The notes beneath the pieces were generated by a model that saw nothing but the letters and a program-made list of their open reading frames with translations, did no database searches and was not told where the DNA came from. Position numbers and translations under genes: made by a program. DNA of 64,000 nt from the human T2T-CHM13v2.0 reference genome, Homo sapiens: NCBI RefSeq assembly GCF_009914755.1, contig NC_060934.1; one strand, given 5' to 3'. Below, one piece after another: positions 25,573-38,972 of this stretch; position 1 is the first letter of the stretch; each line of letters begins with the position of its first letter.

Positions 25573-27137
25573 TTTGTGTGTTTGGTGAAATACACATAAA
25601 ATTTGCAATTAGTGACCGGTAAACACTAATCTGCTTTCTGTCTCTATGGATTTGCCTATACTGCATGTTTCATATGAATGGAATCATTCAAGAGATGTTA
25701 TCTTTATGACTGGCTTCTTTCATATAACATGTTTTCAAGGTTCATTCATGTTATAGCATGTATCAGTACTTCATCCCTTTTTATGGCTGAATGATATTCC
25801 CCTGTATGGATATAATATATATTGTTTATCCATTCATTAGTTGATAGACATTTGGGATGTTTCCACTTGTGGCTAAAGTGTGTTGTTGTGAACATTTGTG
25901 TATGCAGTTTTGTTTGAACACATGCTTTCATTTCTTTTGATTATACATCTAGGAGTGGAATTGCTGGGTCATATTGTAATTCTATGCTTAACTTGAGGAA
26001 CCACCAAGCTGTTTTCCACAGTGGCTGCACCATTTTACATTCCCACTAGCAAAGTACAAGTGTTCCATTTCTTCACATCCTCTCTAACACTTATTATTCT
26101 GTATCTTGTAGCCATCCTAATGGTAGTGAAATAGTATCTTATTGTGATTTTGATTTGCATTTCCCAAAGGAATAATGATTTTTACCTTTTCATGTGCTTA
26201 TTGGCCATTTGTATTTCTTCTTTGGGAAAATGTCTATTCAACTCCTTTGCTCATTTTTTAATTGGGTTGGTTTTTTTATTTTTATTTTTTATTTTTTGCT
26301 GTTGTAAGAGTTCTTTATACATTCTAGATAGTAGATTCTTATCAGATATGTGACTCATAAATATTTTCTCCCATCCTTTGGGTTATCTTTTCACTGTTTT
26401 GATAATACTTTGATGAACAAAAGTATTGAATTTTGATGCAGTCCAGTCCAAATTATCTTTTCTTTTGTTGGTTATATTTTTGGTGTTGTATCTAAGAAAC
26501 CATTGCCAAATCCGAGGTTATGAAGATTTACCAGTATGTTTTCTTCTAGAAGTTTTATTATTTTACCTTGCATATTTAGGTTTTTGATCCATTTTGGGTG
26601 AATTTTCGTGTGCAGTGTGATGTAAGGGTCCAGCTCACTCTTTTGTATGTGGATATCAAGTTGTTCCTGCACTATATAAGGAAAAGATTATTCTTTCTCC
26701 ATTGAATGTTCTTAAGAATATTGTCATAAATCAATTGACTATAGGTATAGGTTTATTTCTGAACTTTCAATTACATTCCATTGATCTATGCCTGTCCTTA
26801 TGTCAGTACCACACTGTCTTGATTACTGTAGTTTTGCAGTAAGATTTGAAAAGAGAACGTGTGAGTCCTCTAACTTTGTTCTTTTTTTCAAGATTGTTTT
26901 GGCTATCAGGGGGTCCTTGTGGTTCCGTATAAATTTTGGCTCTTTCATTTCTGCAAAGGCCATTGCAATTTTGATAGAGACTGAAACGAGTCTGTAGATC
27001 ACTCTGGTTAATACTGCCATCTTAAAAATATTACCTCTTTCAATATATGATGTGTTTTTATTTATTTAGGTCTTTTTAAATGTCTTTCAGCAATGTTTTG
27101 TAGTTTTCAGTGTAGAATTCTTATAACTCCATAGTAA
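25573..27137 (-). mobile_element. L1MB-type 5'-truncated element nested in the older L1M
   Basis: ORF2 relics (LDPYITLHTKIHPKWIKNLN, AKTILKKRTK). 17-bp TSD attcacatctc(c/t)tcttt at 25556-25572 and 27138-27154. Confidence 0.85.
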
Positions 27138-27427
27138 ATTCACATCTCTTCTTTAGTGAAGTACTCTTTTAAGTCTTTTGCCCATTTTTTAGATAATTGT
27201 GCTGTTTGTTTTTTAAATTATTGATTTGTGAGAGTTCTTTGCATATTCTGAATACTAGCCTTTTACTGATAAATGCTTTTACAGATATGTCCTTTGCAAC
27301 ATTTTCTCCAAGTCTGTGGCTGTCTTTTCATTTTCCTAATAGTGTCTTTCAAAGACACTGTTTTTGATTTTAATTAAGCTCAATTTATCAGTTTCTTTCT
27401 GTATGGTTTGCGCTTTTCTGTGTTCTA

Positions 27428-27757
<330 letters not shown>

Positions 27758-28479
27758 TTAAAGATTTTCTCTTATGTTTTCATCTAGCAGTTTTAGAATT
27801 TAAGGTGTTATGTTCAGGTCTATGATCCATTTTTAGTTAATTTTTGTATATTCTGTGAAACATCAACTTTTGAATATAAAGTTGTGTCTTCCAAATTCTA
27901 TTTTGTTGTTCACTAGTTCTTTAAGAAAAATGTTCAATAGGAACATTGATTTCCTCATTTAAAGTAAAGATAATATTTACTTCCTGATCTGTCAGAACAG
28001 TTGTGAGGATCAAATGAAAACAAGTATACAAGTGTTTTCTAAAATCAGAGTATAAATGTTAACTATGATTATTTCTAGCTGACAGCAGCAAAAAAAGAAT
28101 GATATAAGAAGGTGTCATAATTGGGAGAAAGCCAGAACTCAAAAAATTACTGCAGTGAAGTGAGGTGTTTAAAAGCACTAGCTTTTAAATAGGACTGCAT
28201 TTGAATGCCAGCTTTGCCACTTCCTAGCAGCTGAAACACACATAAGATATCTGAGCCCTCTAATCCTCAGTTTTCTCATCTATGTGATGAGGAAGGGATA
28301 CAAACTCCACAAGGTGGTTGGAGTATAAAGTGAGTTAACATAAAGAGCCCAGTGAGCTACAGTGAGTAAGGAATTAATAAGTTGCATTCTTGAAAGAGAG
28401 AGAGAAAGAGAGACTGTCTAATAAAATGCTGATGTGAATTATCATGGTATACAAAAGTGCTACAATACACGATGGCAAA

Positions 28480-28880
28480 GACCAAGTTCAATTTCAGCCA
28501 AACTGAGCTACTGGTCATTCCTCAAGTATTCTTTGCCTCTTTTGCTTCTGAAAAAGTACATGTGTTCTTGGAACACTGCTCCAACATCACTAACTTTACC
28601 TGTCTCCCTCATTTTGAAGGATTTAGCTCAAGTGACATCTTCTTTTAGGAGCTACTTCTTACCACTTCCTCCCAAAGTCTGCTCTGTGCTCACATAGTAT
28701 ATTGTACATAGTTTTTGTATGGCAAACTGTACTATATCAGGATTATGTGCTTATTGGTTACCCTTGCTGATTGATTATATGGAAAACTCTTTAAAGGAAG
28801 GGAGCTGTCTTTGAGTCTTTAGAACCCAGTTCAATGTTTGACACATAGTGGAAGCTCAACAAATATGTGTTTAATGAAAA
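28480..28880 (+). mobile_element. L2 LINE 3' fragment
   Basis: ttagctcaagtgacatcttct...ctctgtgctcacatag...gacacatagtggaagctcaacaaatatgtg. Confidence 0.55.
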
Positions 28881-30459
28881 GATGAGTATATAGTATTAAT
28901 TTATAATCTGGATATGACTACTAAACTTTTTTTGTTTGTTAGTTTTATAGCATAATACTGATGTTTACTTAAATAGACCAAGTAGATTTACTCTTTATGG
29001 GAAAGTGCTGAAATAGGGCCTATTTCTTGCAGAGCATCTATGCCTATGTAATAACATCCACCGTCCAATTTTAAGTATTAATGCTGGGGGCAAGTGAATA
29101 TATTTAGTATTTGCCCAGTGCCAATGACACAGACTCCTTTTTAAAGTTTTTTATAAAGTATTTGCTGGTCAAAATAATTAGTTATTCTGAATAAGTGTGA
29201 TACTGACTACATGGCAGAGTAAGTCCCAAGAGTATATGAGAAAAAAATGACTTCATTAAATTCTTATGTGTTAAAACATTTAATAGTTTATGTAATATGG
29301 AATTTTGCGAAAAGGGGAAATACCTGCCTATATAAACTTCAATTAAACTGTGAGTGTACATCCTAATTCAATGATCAGAATTTCTCAGGTGATGATCTCA
29401 CACATATGTACTACCTCATAATAAACTGAAACAAGTGGTTAGTTATGTGCTGATGACAAGGAGGTGGGCAATTACTCAACGCAATGCTTATGATTGACAC
29501 CTGTTAGGTTTCCTGATGTTGATAAATTGGGTCATACTACAGTCCACCTGTCCCAAAGGGCCCATTTTGGTTATCCGAAGGTCACTATAACTTATGATAC
29601 ATAGGCAAGATACTCTTGTGGCCATAATTTCTTGTTGGGAAATGTTGACTCATGGCCCAACTGTGTTAAATTATCAAACACTGGAAAATGTGCAAGTTAG
29701 TTTAGGAATGATTGGTAAGAAGCTGGAAAATCTTTAAGCTTAAAAACCAACAACAACAAACCAACTGGCAAGAGTTCCTTGTGTCCACAGGGATCTATCA
29801 CTTTCATCGCACCTTGTTCTGATGTTATTCAACAGTCCCTTATGGTAATGACTAAGTGTCATAGTCCCTGGCATTGAATTGGTCCTATCCAGACTATTTA
29901 CTTATGTAAAACAGAGAGAAGAGAAAAGAGATAAACTTTGAAAAGATAAAAGAGTGAGAAACAAAAGAGAAAAAGTGGGACATGTGGGCATGAAGAGAGG
30001 TAATCAAGAAAAGAGAGCAACGAACACAGAGCTAAGCTACCAACAAAGAAATGACCATCAAAGCACTGTCACCTCATCTCCTCCTCCTCTTATTACTACT
30101 ACTGGTAATATTAATTGATAACTTGCTTTGTACTAATGTCTGTAGTAAATGTTTTCTACTGTGTTCTCTCATTTCACCTTAACCACAAGTCTAAGAGGCA
30201 TGTTCAGTTGTTACCATTTACAGATGAGGACCTTGAGACATAGAGTTATGGTCCAGCCTGCCCAAAGGTTTGAAATGACTCTGCATTATGCCAAAGTCCA
30301 AGATCATAATTATATCACATTATTAAAAATCCAGGAATTATAAAGCACAAATATGGGAGAAAAGTCATAGGAATAGTGACAGAATAACCAAAAGAGCTTG
30401 ATTTTATTATGGAAAAGAACTACGAAACAAAACACCTAATGTACTCTAACTGATAAACA

Positions 30460-30870
30460 CAATTGATTGTTGTCTTTCAAAGTACTTATCTTAGAAGGCT
30501 ATGTATTTATATCCATGACGATGAACTGGCCAATGTCTTTGAAGGTTGCCAGATTCAAAATTGCTATTAAAATCAGCTTACTGGCTACATTAAAACAGAT
30601 AAACAAATATAAGCCAGTTGTATTTCTTTAGTTACCTCTAAATTTTTTTTAATTGTTAAGACTGACCATCCATTTGATTTAAATGAGTTAAGTACAAATG
30701 ACTGTGGTTTTAAAAACAATAAATTGAACCTCAAGTTTCAAAGACCTGATCCAACTGATGATATGTTGAAGAATATGTGTCAGACTATGAAAGAGATGCC
30801 CAATTTTATTGAAATAAGGGTGTAGTTTGTCGAGGTGGCTGACTACTTTGAAGAGGACAACAATCTTTTG
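30460..30870 (+). mobile_element. MARNA-like mariner fossil
   Basis: Inverted motifs ttgtctttcaaagtac and gactactttgaagaggacaa bracket a decayed mariner-like segment. Confidence 0.5.
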
Positions 30871-30964
30871 GATTTACAAGTTTGGTATATACATGATATC
30901 AGCCACTACCTTCCAGTTCCAACTCATCTAAAAGGAGAAAATGAGGGTAATAGAAAAATGCAGG

Positions 30965-33900
30965 GAGAGGGGGGAGGCAAGATGGCTGACTAGATGCAGC
31001 CAGGTGGAATGGCTCCCACTGAGGGACCAAGACAACTGACATGCTCCTAATAGATCTTCAGAAGGAAGGCACCCAAAGTGGACTGAGGGAAGACACAGAA
31101 GCTGTACTAAAGAAGGAGAAAGCTGGGAACACTGCATGGGGCTACTGCACACCTGGACTCATTCCTGGCCACAGTGGCTCCAGGGGAATGGGTAAGTTAA
31201 ACTGGCAAGGAGCAACCTGCTCTCACCATAGGCCTGTGGAACTCTGGCAGGAGAAGATTCCTTAATCACCATGGAAATCAAGTTGGCAGGGAGAGCTGCT
31301 TAGAGAAGAGGTAGGGGCAGCAAGCCAGCTGATGTGGAGCCCAGATGGTTTGGTGCAGGAGGATCAGTAGTGAAGTACAGCCAGGGATGGCCATGCCCCT
31401 AGGCTTGACTTGCTCCTAGGAGACTTTAGCTCTAGAGGAACTGTTGGACCTGATCTCCGAAAGACAATCTTGCCCATTAGATGGGGCTATGCTGACCTGA
31501 GCACCAGCTCAGGCCATGCCTGCTTGCAGGGCAGTCCCAGGTATCCTGCGGCCCTACACTATAGCTTCTGTACTGGTGGACTGTGCCTGACGAGTGCAGA
31601 GCTGCAGTAGGGCAGCCTCTACAACCATGCACCAGCCTGCCCACTCCTTCCCTGTACTACAGCTTCCCTCAGGCCCATGGCAACTGTCCACATTGCTTTG
31701 CTTTGCTTTGCTTTGCCGGTGCATGTCTGTATGGGGTGGGTTTTGCAGTCCGCCCACCCTCCCCCTACCAATCACCATTGCAGACAGCCTTGATGGGCAC
31801 AAAACCAGCCAGCCTTACCTCCATCAGTGCCCCACCCTTGTATTAATACTGCACAGAGAACAGCAGATCTTCCCCTTCCCCTTCACTCCCACTTCCAGTG
31901 CAAAGAGAAGGCACCCAGACCTGTGCCAGCCAGCACCCTGCCCCCAGGCCAAGACCACTTCCAGTGCGACTGTGTACACAGTCACCAGCTGCATTACCTC
32001 CACCAATGTGGTGAACACTCACAGGGAGGCAAGCACCCTGGCATCTGCTAATACTCTGCTGCAGCAGCCATACCTTGGTCCCACCATCACAGTGGGCTGC
32101 TAACCTTGAGGAGCCAGAGAACAAAGTTGGGGCCCACTACAAGTCTTGCAGAGTTACAGCATGCAGACCAGGAGTTGGGAGCTAAGTGTTGGCCCCCTAC
32201 AGTCTTTCAGAAATGAAGCCAGTTGGTTTAATCAACCTTATGCCACAATCAAACTCTCAAGGTCATCAAATAGGATAAAAGGGGCAAAAAATCCAAAGGT
32301 CAGCAACCTCAAAGATTGAAGATAGATAAGCTCACAAAGATGAGAAGGAATCAGTGCAAGAACCCTGAAAACTCAAAAAGCCAGAGTGCCTTCTTTCCTC
32401 CAAATGACCACATTACCTCTCTAGCAAGAGTTCTGAACTGGCTGAGATGGCCAAAATGACGGAAATAGAATTCAGAATATGGATAGGAATGAAGAACACT
32501 GAGCTTCATGTTGAAACCCAATCCAAGGAAGCCAAAAATAATGATAAAACAAGGCAAGAGCTGACAGACAAAATAATTGGTATAGAAAATAACATAACTG
32601 ACCTGAAAGAGCTGAAAAACACATTACAAGAATTTCATAATGCAATCACTAGTATTAGCAGCAGAATAGACCAAGTGGAGGAAAGAATCTCGGCGCTTAA
32701 AGACTGGCTTTCTGAAATAAGATGGTCAGGCAAGAATAGAGAAAAAAGAATGAAAAGGAGTGAACTAAACCTCCAAGAAATATGGGATTATGTAAAGAGA
32801 CCAAATCTATAAATCATTGGTGTCCCTGAAAGAGATGAAAAGAATAGAACCAACTTGGAAAACATATTTCAGGACATTGTCCATGAGAGCCTCCCCATCC
32901 TAGCTAGAGAAACCAACATTCAAAATCAGGAAATACAGAGAACCCTAGTAAGATACTTCACAAGAAGATCATCCCCAAGATACATAATTGTGAGATTCTC
33001 CAAGGTCAAAATGAAAAAAATAATGTTAAAGGCAGCAAGAGAGGAAGGTCAGGTCATCTACAAAGGGAAATCTATCAGACTAACAGCGGACCTCTCAGCA
33101 GAAACTCTACAAGCCAGAAAAGATTGGTGGCCAGTATTCAATATTCTTAAAGGAAGGAAATTCCAACCCAGAATTTCATATCTGGCAAAACCAAGCTTCA
33201 TAAGCTTAAAGAAGAAGAAGAAGAAATAAGAATCTTTACAGACAAGCAAATACTGAGGGAACTCGTTACCACCAGACCTGTCTTACAAGAGCTCCTGTAG
33301 GAAGCACTAAATATGGAAAGGAAAGACGGTTACCAGCCATTACAAAAACACACTGAAGACCAGTGACACCATAAAGCAACCACATAAACAAGTCTGCAAA
33401 ATAACAAGCTAACATCATGATAACAGGATCAAGTATACACATATCAGTACAAAACTTGAATATAAATGGGCTAAATATCCCAACTAAAAGACAAAGAGTG
33501 GCAAGCTGGATAAAAAACCAAAACCCATTATGCTGTCTTCAAGAGACCCATCTCACATGCAATGATGCATATAGGCTCAAAATAAAGGGATCTACCAAGG
33601 AAATGGAAAAGAGAAGAAAGCAGGGGTTGCAATCCTAGTTTCAGACAAAACAGATTTTAAACCAACAAAGATAAAAAAAGAAGGGCATTACATAATGGTA
33701 AGGGGTTCAATTCAACAAGAAGATCTAACTATCCTAAATATATATGCACCCAATACAGGAGCACCTAGATGCATAAATCAAGTTCTTAGATACTTTCAAA
33801 TAGACTTAGACTCTGACACAATAATAGTGGGGATCTTTAACACCCCACTGATAACATTAGGCAGATGATACAGACAGAAAATTAACAAAGATATTCAGAA

Positions 33901-36900
33901 CTTAAACTCAGCACTGGATCAAATGGAGCTGATAGATATCTACAGAACTGTCCACCAAAAACAACAGACTATACATTCTTCTCATTGTCATCTGGCACAC
34001 ATTCTAAAATTGATCACATTATAGGAAGTAAAAAACTCCTCAGCAAATGCAAAAGAACTGAAATCATAACAAACAATCTCTCAGACCACAGCACAATCAA
34101 ATTAGAAATCAAGACTAAGACATTCACTCAAAACCATATAGTTACATGAAAACTGAATAACCTGCTCCTGAATAACATCTGGGTAAATAATGAAATAAAG
34201 ACAGAAATCAGGAATTTATTTGAAATTAATGAGAACAACGATACAACATATCCAAATCTCTGGAACACAGCAAAGGCAGTGTTAAGAGGGAAATTTATAG
34301 TACTAAATGTCCACCTGAAAAAGTTGGAAAGATCTCAAGCTAACAATTAACACCAAAACTAAAATAATTACAGAACCAAGAGCAAATACATACCAAAGCT
34401 AGCAGAGACAAGAAATACCCAAAATCAGTGCTGAACTGAAAGAGATTGAGACACAAAAAAACCATTCAAAATATCGATGAATTCAGGAGCTGTTTTCTGG
34501 AAAAAAATTAATAAAATACACAGACTGCTAGCTAGACTAATAAAGAAGAAAAGAGAGAAGATCCAAATAAACACAATAAGAAAAAACAAGCAGGATATTA
34601 CCACTGACCCTACAGAAATACAAACAACCATCAGAGAATATTATGAACACCTCTATGATTATTAACTAGAAAATATACAATAAATGAATATATTCCTGGA
34701 TACATACACCCTCCCAAGACTAAACCAGGAAGAAACGGATTTCCTGAACAGACCAATAATAAGCTCTGAAGTTGAGTCAGTAACAAATAGCCTACGAACC
34801 AAAAAAATCTCAGGACCAAACAGATTCACCATTGAATTCTATCAGATGTACAAAGAGCTGGTACCATTCCTGCTGAAACTATTCCAAAAATTTGAGGAGA
34901 AGGGACCCCTCCCTAACTCATTCTATGAGGTCAACATCATCCTGATACCAAAACGTAGCACAGACACGACAAAAAAAGAAAACTTCAGGCCAATATCCTT
35001 GAACATTGATGCAAAAATCTTCAATAAAATACTGGTAAACAAATCCAGCAGCACATCAAAATCTTATCCACCATGATCAAGTAGGCTTTATCCCTGGGAT
35101 ACAAGGTTAGTTCAACATATGCAAATCAATAAATATGATTCATCATGTGAACAGAACTAAATACAAAAACCACATGATTACCTCAATAGATGCAGAAAAG
35201 GTTTTTGATAAAATTCAATACCCTTTCATGTGAAAAACTCTCGATAAACTAGGTATTGAAGGAACATACCTCAAAATAATAAGAGCCATCCATGACAATC
35301 CACAGCCAACATCATACTGAATGGGCAAAAGCTAGGAGTATTCCCTTTGAAAACCAGCAAAAGACAAGAATGCTCTCTCTCACCACTCCTATTCAACATA
35401 ATATTGGAAGTCCTGGCCCACCTGGGCAATCAGGCAAGAGAAAGAAATAAGGGACATCCAAATAGGAAGAGGAAGTTGAACTACCCTGTTTGTAGATGGC
35501 ATGATCCTATATCTAGAAAACCTCACTGTCAGCCCAAATGCTTCTTAAGCTAATAAACAACTTCAGCAAAGTCTCAGGATACAAAATCAACGTGCAAAAA
35601 TCACTAAATCACTAACATTCCTATGTACCAACAATAGTCAAGCCAAGAGCCAAATCAGGAATGCAATCCCATTCACAATTGCCACAAAAAGAATGAAACA
35701 CCTAGGAACACAGCTAACCAGGGAGGTGGAAGATCTCTTCAAGGAGAACTACAAAACACTGCTCCAAGAAGACAGAGATGACACAAACAAATGGAAAAGC
35801 ATTTCATGCTCATGGATAGGAAGAATCAATATTGTTAAAATGGCGATGCTGCCCACAGCAATTTATAGATTCAATGCTATTGCTATTAAACCACCATTAA
35901 CATTCTTCAAAAAACTAGAAAAAACTATTTTAAAATTTATATGGAACCAAAAAAGAGCCTGAATAGCCATGGCAATCCTAAGCAAAAGGAACAAAGCTGG
36001 AGGCACTGAAACAGCATGATATTGGTACAAAAACAGACACATAGCCCAATGGAACAGAATAGAGAACTCAGAAATAAGGCCACACACCTACAACTATCTG
36101 ATCTTTGACAAAAACAAGCAATGGGGAAAGGATTCCCTATTCAATAAATGATGCTGGGATAACTGGCTAGCCATATGCAGAAGATTGAAACTGGACCCCT
36201 TCCTTACACCATATGCAAAAATTAACTCAAAATGAATTAAGGACTTAAGTGAAAAACCCAACGCTATAAACACCCTGGAAGACAACCTAGGCAATCCATT
36301 CTGGACATAGGAAGAGGCAAAGATTTCATGGCAAAGATGCCAAAAGCAATTGCGCCAAAAGCAATTGCAACAAAAGCAAAAATTGACAAATGAGATCTAT
36401 TTGAAGAGCTGTGTAGCAAAGGAAACTAACAACAGAGTGAACAGACAGCCTATAGAATAAGAGAAAATTTTTGCAAACTATGCATCTGACAAAGGTCTAA
36501 TATCCAGCAACTATAAGGAACTTAACAAATTTACAAAAAATAAAAAAAACAACCCCATTAACAAGTGGGCAAAGGACAAGCACAGACACTTCAAAAGCAG
36601 ACATACATATGGCCAAAATTCAGATGAAAAAAAAGCTGAACATCGCTGATCATTAGAGAAATGCAAATCAAAACCACAGTGAAATCTCACACCAGTCAGA
36701 ATGGCTACTATTAAAAAATAACAGATGCTGGTGAGGTTGAGGAGAAAAAGGAGTGCTTACACATTGTTGGTGGGATTGTAAATTAGTTCAACCATTGTGG
36801 AAGACAGTGTGGCGATTCCTTAAAGACCTAAAATCACAAATGTCATTCAACCCAGTAATCTTATTACTAGATGCATACCCAAAGGAATATAAGTTGTTCT

Positions 36901-37400
36901 ATTATAAGATACATGTACACATATGTTCATTGCAGTGCTATTCACAATAGCAAATACATAGAATGAACCTAAATTCCCATCAATGATAGACTGGATAAAG
37001 AAAATGTGATACATCTACACCATGGAACACTATGCAGTTATAAAAAAGAATGGGATCATGTCCTTTGCAGGAAAACATGGACGAAGCTGGGGGCCATTCT
37101 CCTTAGCAAACTAATGCGGGAACAGAAAACCACATATCACATGTTCTCACTTAAAAGTGGGAGCTAAATGATGAGAACACATGGACACATAGAGGGGAAC
37201 AATACACCCAAGGGCCTATCAGAGGGTGGAGGGTATAGGGTGGGAGAAGGGAGAGGATCAGGAGAAATAATGGGTACTAGGCTTAATACCTGGGTGATAA
37301 AATAATCTGTACAACAAACCCCTATGATACAAATTTACCCATACAACAAACCTGCACGCGTACCCCTGAACTTAAAAGTTAAAAAATAAGGAAAAGAAAA
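30965..37400 (+). mobile_element. Full-length, inactive L1PA13-like LINE-1 (about 6.4 kb), antisense to RNLS
   Basis: 5' start gggggaggcaagatggctgactag, about 1.4-kb GC-rich 5' UTR, fragmented ORF1 (about 32340-33300) and ORF2 (from 33417; EN and RT motifs such as [10 protein letters not shown]), 3' UTR and A tail. Degenerate TSD aaaatgca(t)ggga near 30955 and 37403. Confidence 0.95.
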
Positions 37401-37487
37401 AGAAAATGCATGGGAAAAAGCAAGAAAAAATTAAAATATCAATCACCACCTGACTTTTCAATGCTGAAATTAGACACTATTACTCAC

Positions 37488-37577
37488 CAGAAATTAATCT
37501 CATGAGGGGATAATGTAAACGTACGGGTGGTCTCAAGCTCTTCTGTGTGCACATCCACTTCCCCCACCAAACAAAAT
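37488..37577 (-). other. Candidate 90-nt alternative RNLS exon (ILFGGGSGCAHRRA* in phase 0)
   Basis: Acceptor atttttcttacag|A and consensus donor CTG|gtgagt bracket exactly 90 nt of non-repeat sequence. Confidence 0.6.
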
Positions 37578-38032
37578 CTGTAAGAAAAATTCTGCCCTTC
37601 AGCCATTGCACATTTCCCCTTTTCTCTCTTACTCCTTTTAACTCCTAGCAGTACTATGGGTAACTGAGGTAATCAGCTGGAAAAGGCCTGAAGGAGCCAA
37701 ATGGAAACTTTGTATTGAAAAGGGCAAAGACTTCCTTGTTTAAGAGGTGGGAGGGGAATAAAAGGATAGAGTCAAAAGTAAAGAATGTGAATGGAAGGTT
37801 GAAGAAAGGAAAGAAAAAATGACAAGCCGACATGGCTAATTGTCAGAGAAAGTTTCTGTGGGTTATTAAGAGAGCAAAGAGAGGATTCGAGGGAGTTTTC
37901 GTTAAGAGGGCCATGCAAGGAATGAGAAGAGAGCTTTCCAAAAGAGTTGTTGTGAATGATACATTTTGGAAATTCTTTAAAGTTCTATAAGAGATACCAG
38001 TAAAGATTGGAGTTATTTTAAATACTGTTTGC

Positions 38033-38332
38033 GGCCAGGTGTGGTGCTCATACTTATAATCCTAGCATTTTGGGAGGCCAAGGCAGGCAGATCGCTTGAG
38101 TCCTGGAGTTCAAGACCAGCCTCAGCAACATGATGAAACCTCACCTCTACAAAAAAATACAAAAAATTAGCCGCAGATGGGGTGGAGTGTGCCTGTAGCC
38201 CCAGCTACTTGGGGGCTGAGGAGGATTGCTTGAGCCGGGGAAGTCGAGGCTGCAGTGAACTGAGGTCATAACCACTGCACTCCAGCCTGGGTGATAAAGC
38301 GAGACCCTGTCTCAAAAAATGTATGCGTAAAT
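38033..38332 (+). mobile_element. AluJ-type SINE
   Basis: Dimeric Alu; TSD aaatact(g/t)tttg at 38020-38031 and 38333-38344. Confidence 0.93.
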
Positions 38333-38622
38333 AAATACTTTTTGATTGCTGGATTATATCTTTTTGACTGCAACAATATGCCAAGACTGGGCCACGAGAG
38401 ACTCTTGATTTATTCAGGTAATAGCGGTATAACATTTACAGCAGGTGTTCCTAACACTGGATTCATGGAAGGAATTTAGGTTGCCAATAAATCCTGATAA
38501 TTGTGTGTACTTTTTGTGTTTATGTGTACATGTATTTTTTTTAATAAAGAGAATGTTTATGTTTATAGCTTTCATTAGATCCTTTAAAAATTCATGATCC
38601 TTCTCTTTAAACAACTGAAAGA

Positions 38623-38901
38623 GGCTTATGACTGTAATCCTAGCATTTTGGGAGGCCAAAGCAGGAGGATCACTTCAGGCCAGGAGTTTGAGACCAGCCT
38701 GGGCAACATAGCAAGACCCCGTGACTACAAACATTTTAAAAAATTAACCGGGAACAGTAGTGTGCACCTGTAATCCCAGCTACTCAGGAGGCTGAGGTGA
38801 GAGGATCACTTGAGCTCAGAAGTTTGAGGCAGGCTGCTGTAGTCAGCTCTGATCATGCACTGCACTCCAGCCTGGGTGACAGATTTAGAGCCTACCTCTG
38901 C

Positions 38902-38951
<50 letters not shown>

Positions 38952-38972
38952 AAGAAAGAAAAGGAAGAGAAA
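38623..38972 (+). mobile_element. AluJ-type SINE with a pure A47 tail (38903-38949)
   Basis: Dimeric Alu with J-type motifs followed by 47 consecutive A. Confidence 0.93.

Noticed and set aside
31594-32103. 169-aa ORF and overlapping ORFs in the L1PA 5' UTR
   Set aside because: GC-rich repeat sequence with a non-ATG start, multiple long overlapping frames and no domain similarity.
32340-36950. L1 ORF1/ORF2 pieces as functional proteins (also 47457-52500)
   Set aside because: Numerous stops, frameshifts and deletions, plus an LTR insertion in the second L1; both elements are retrotransposition-dead.
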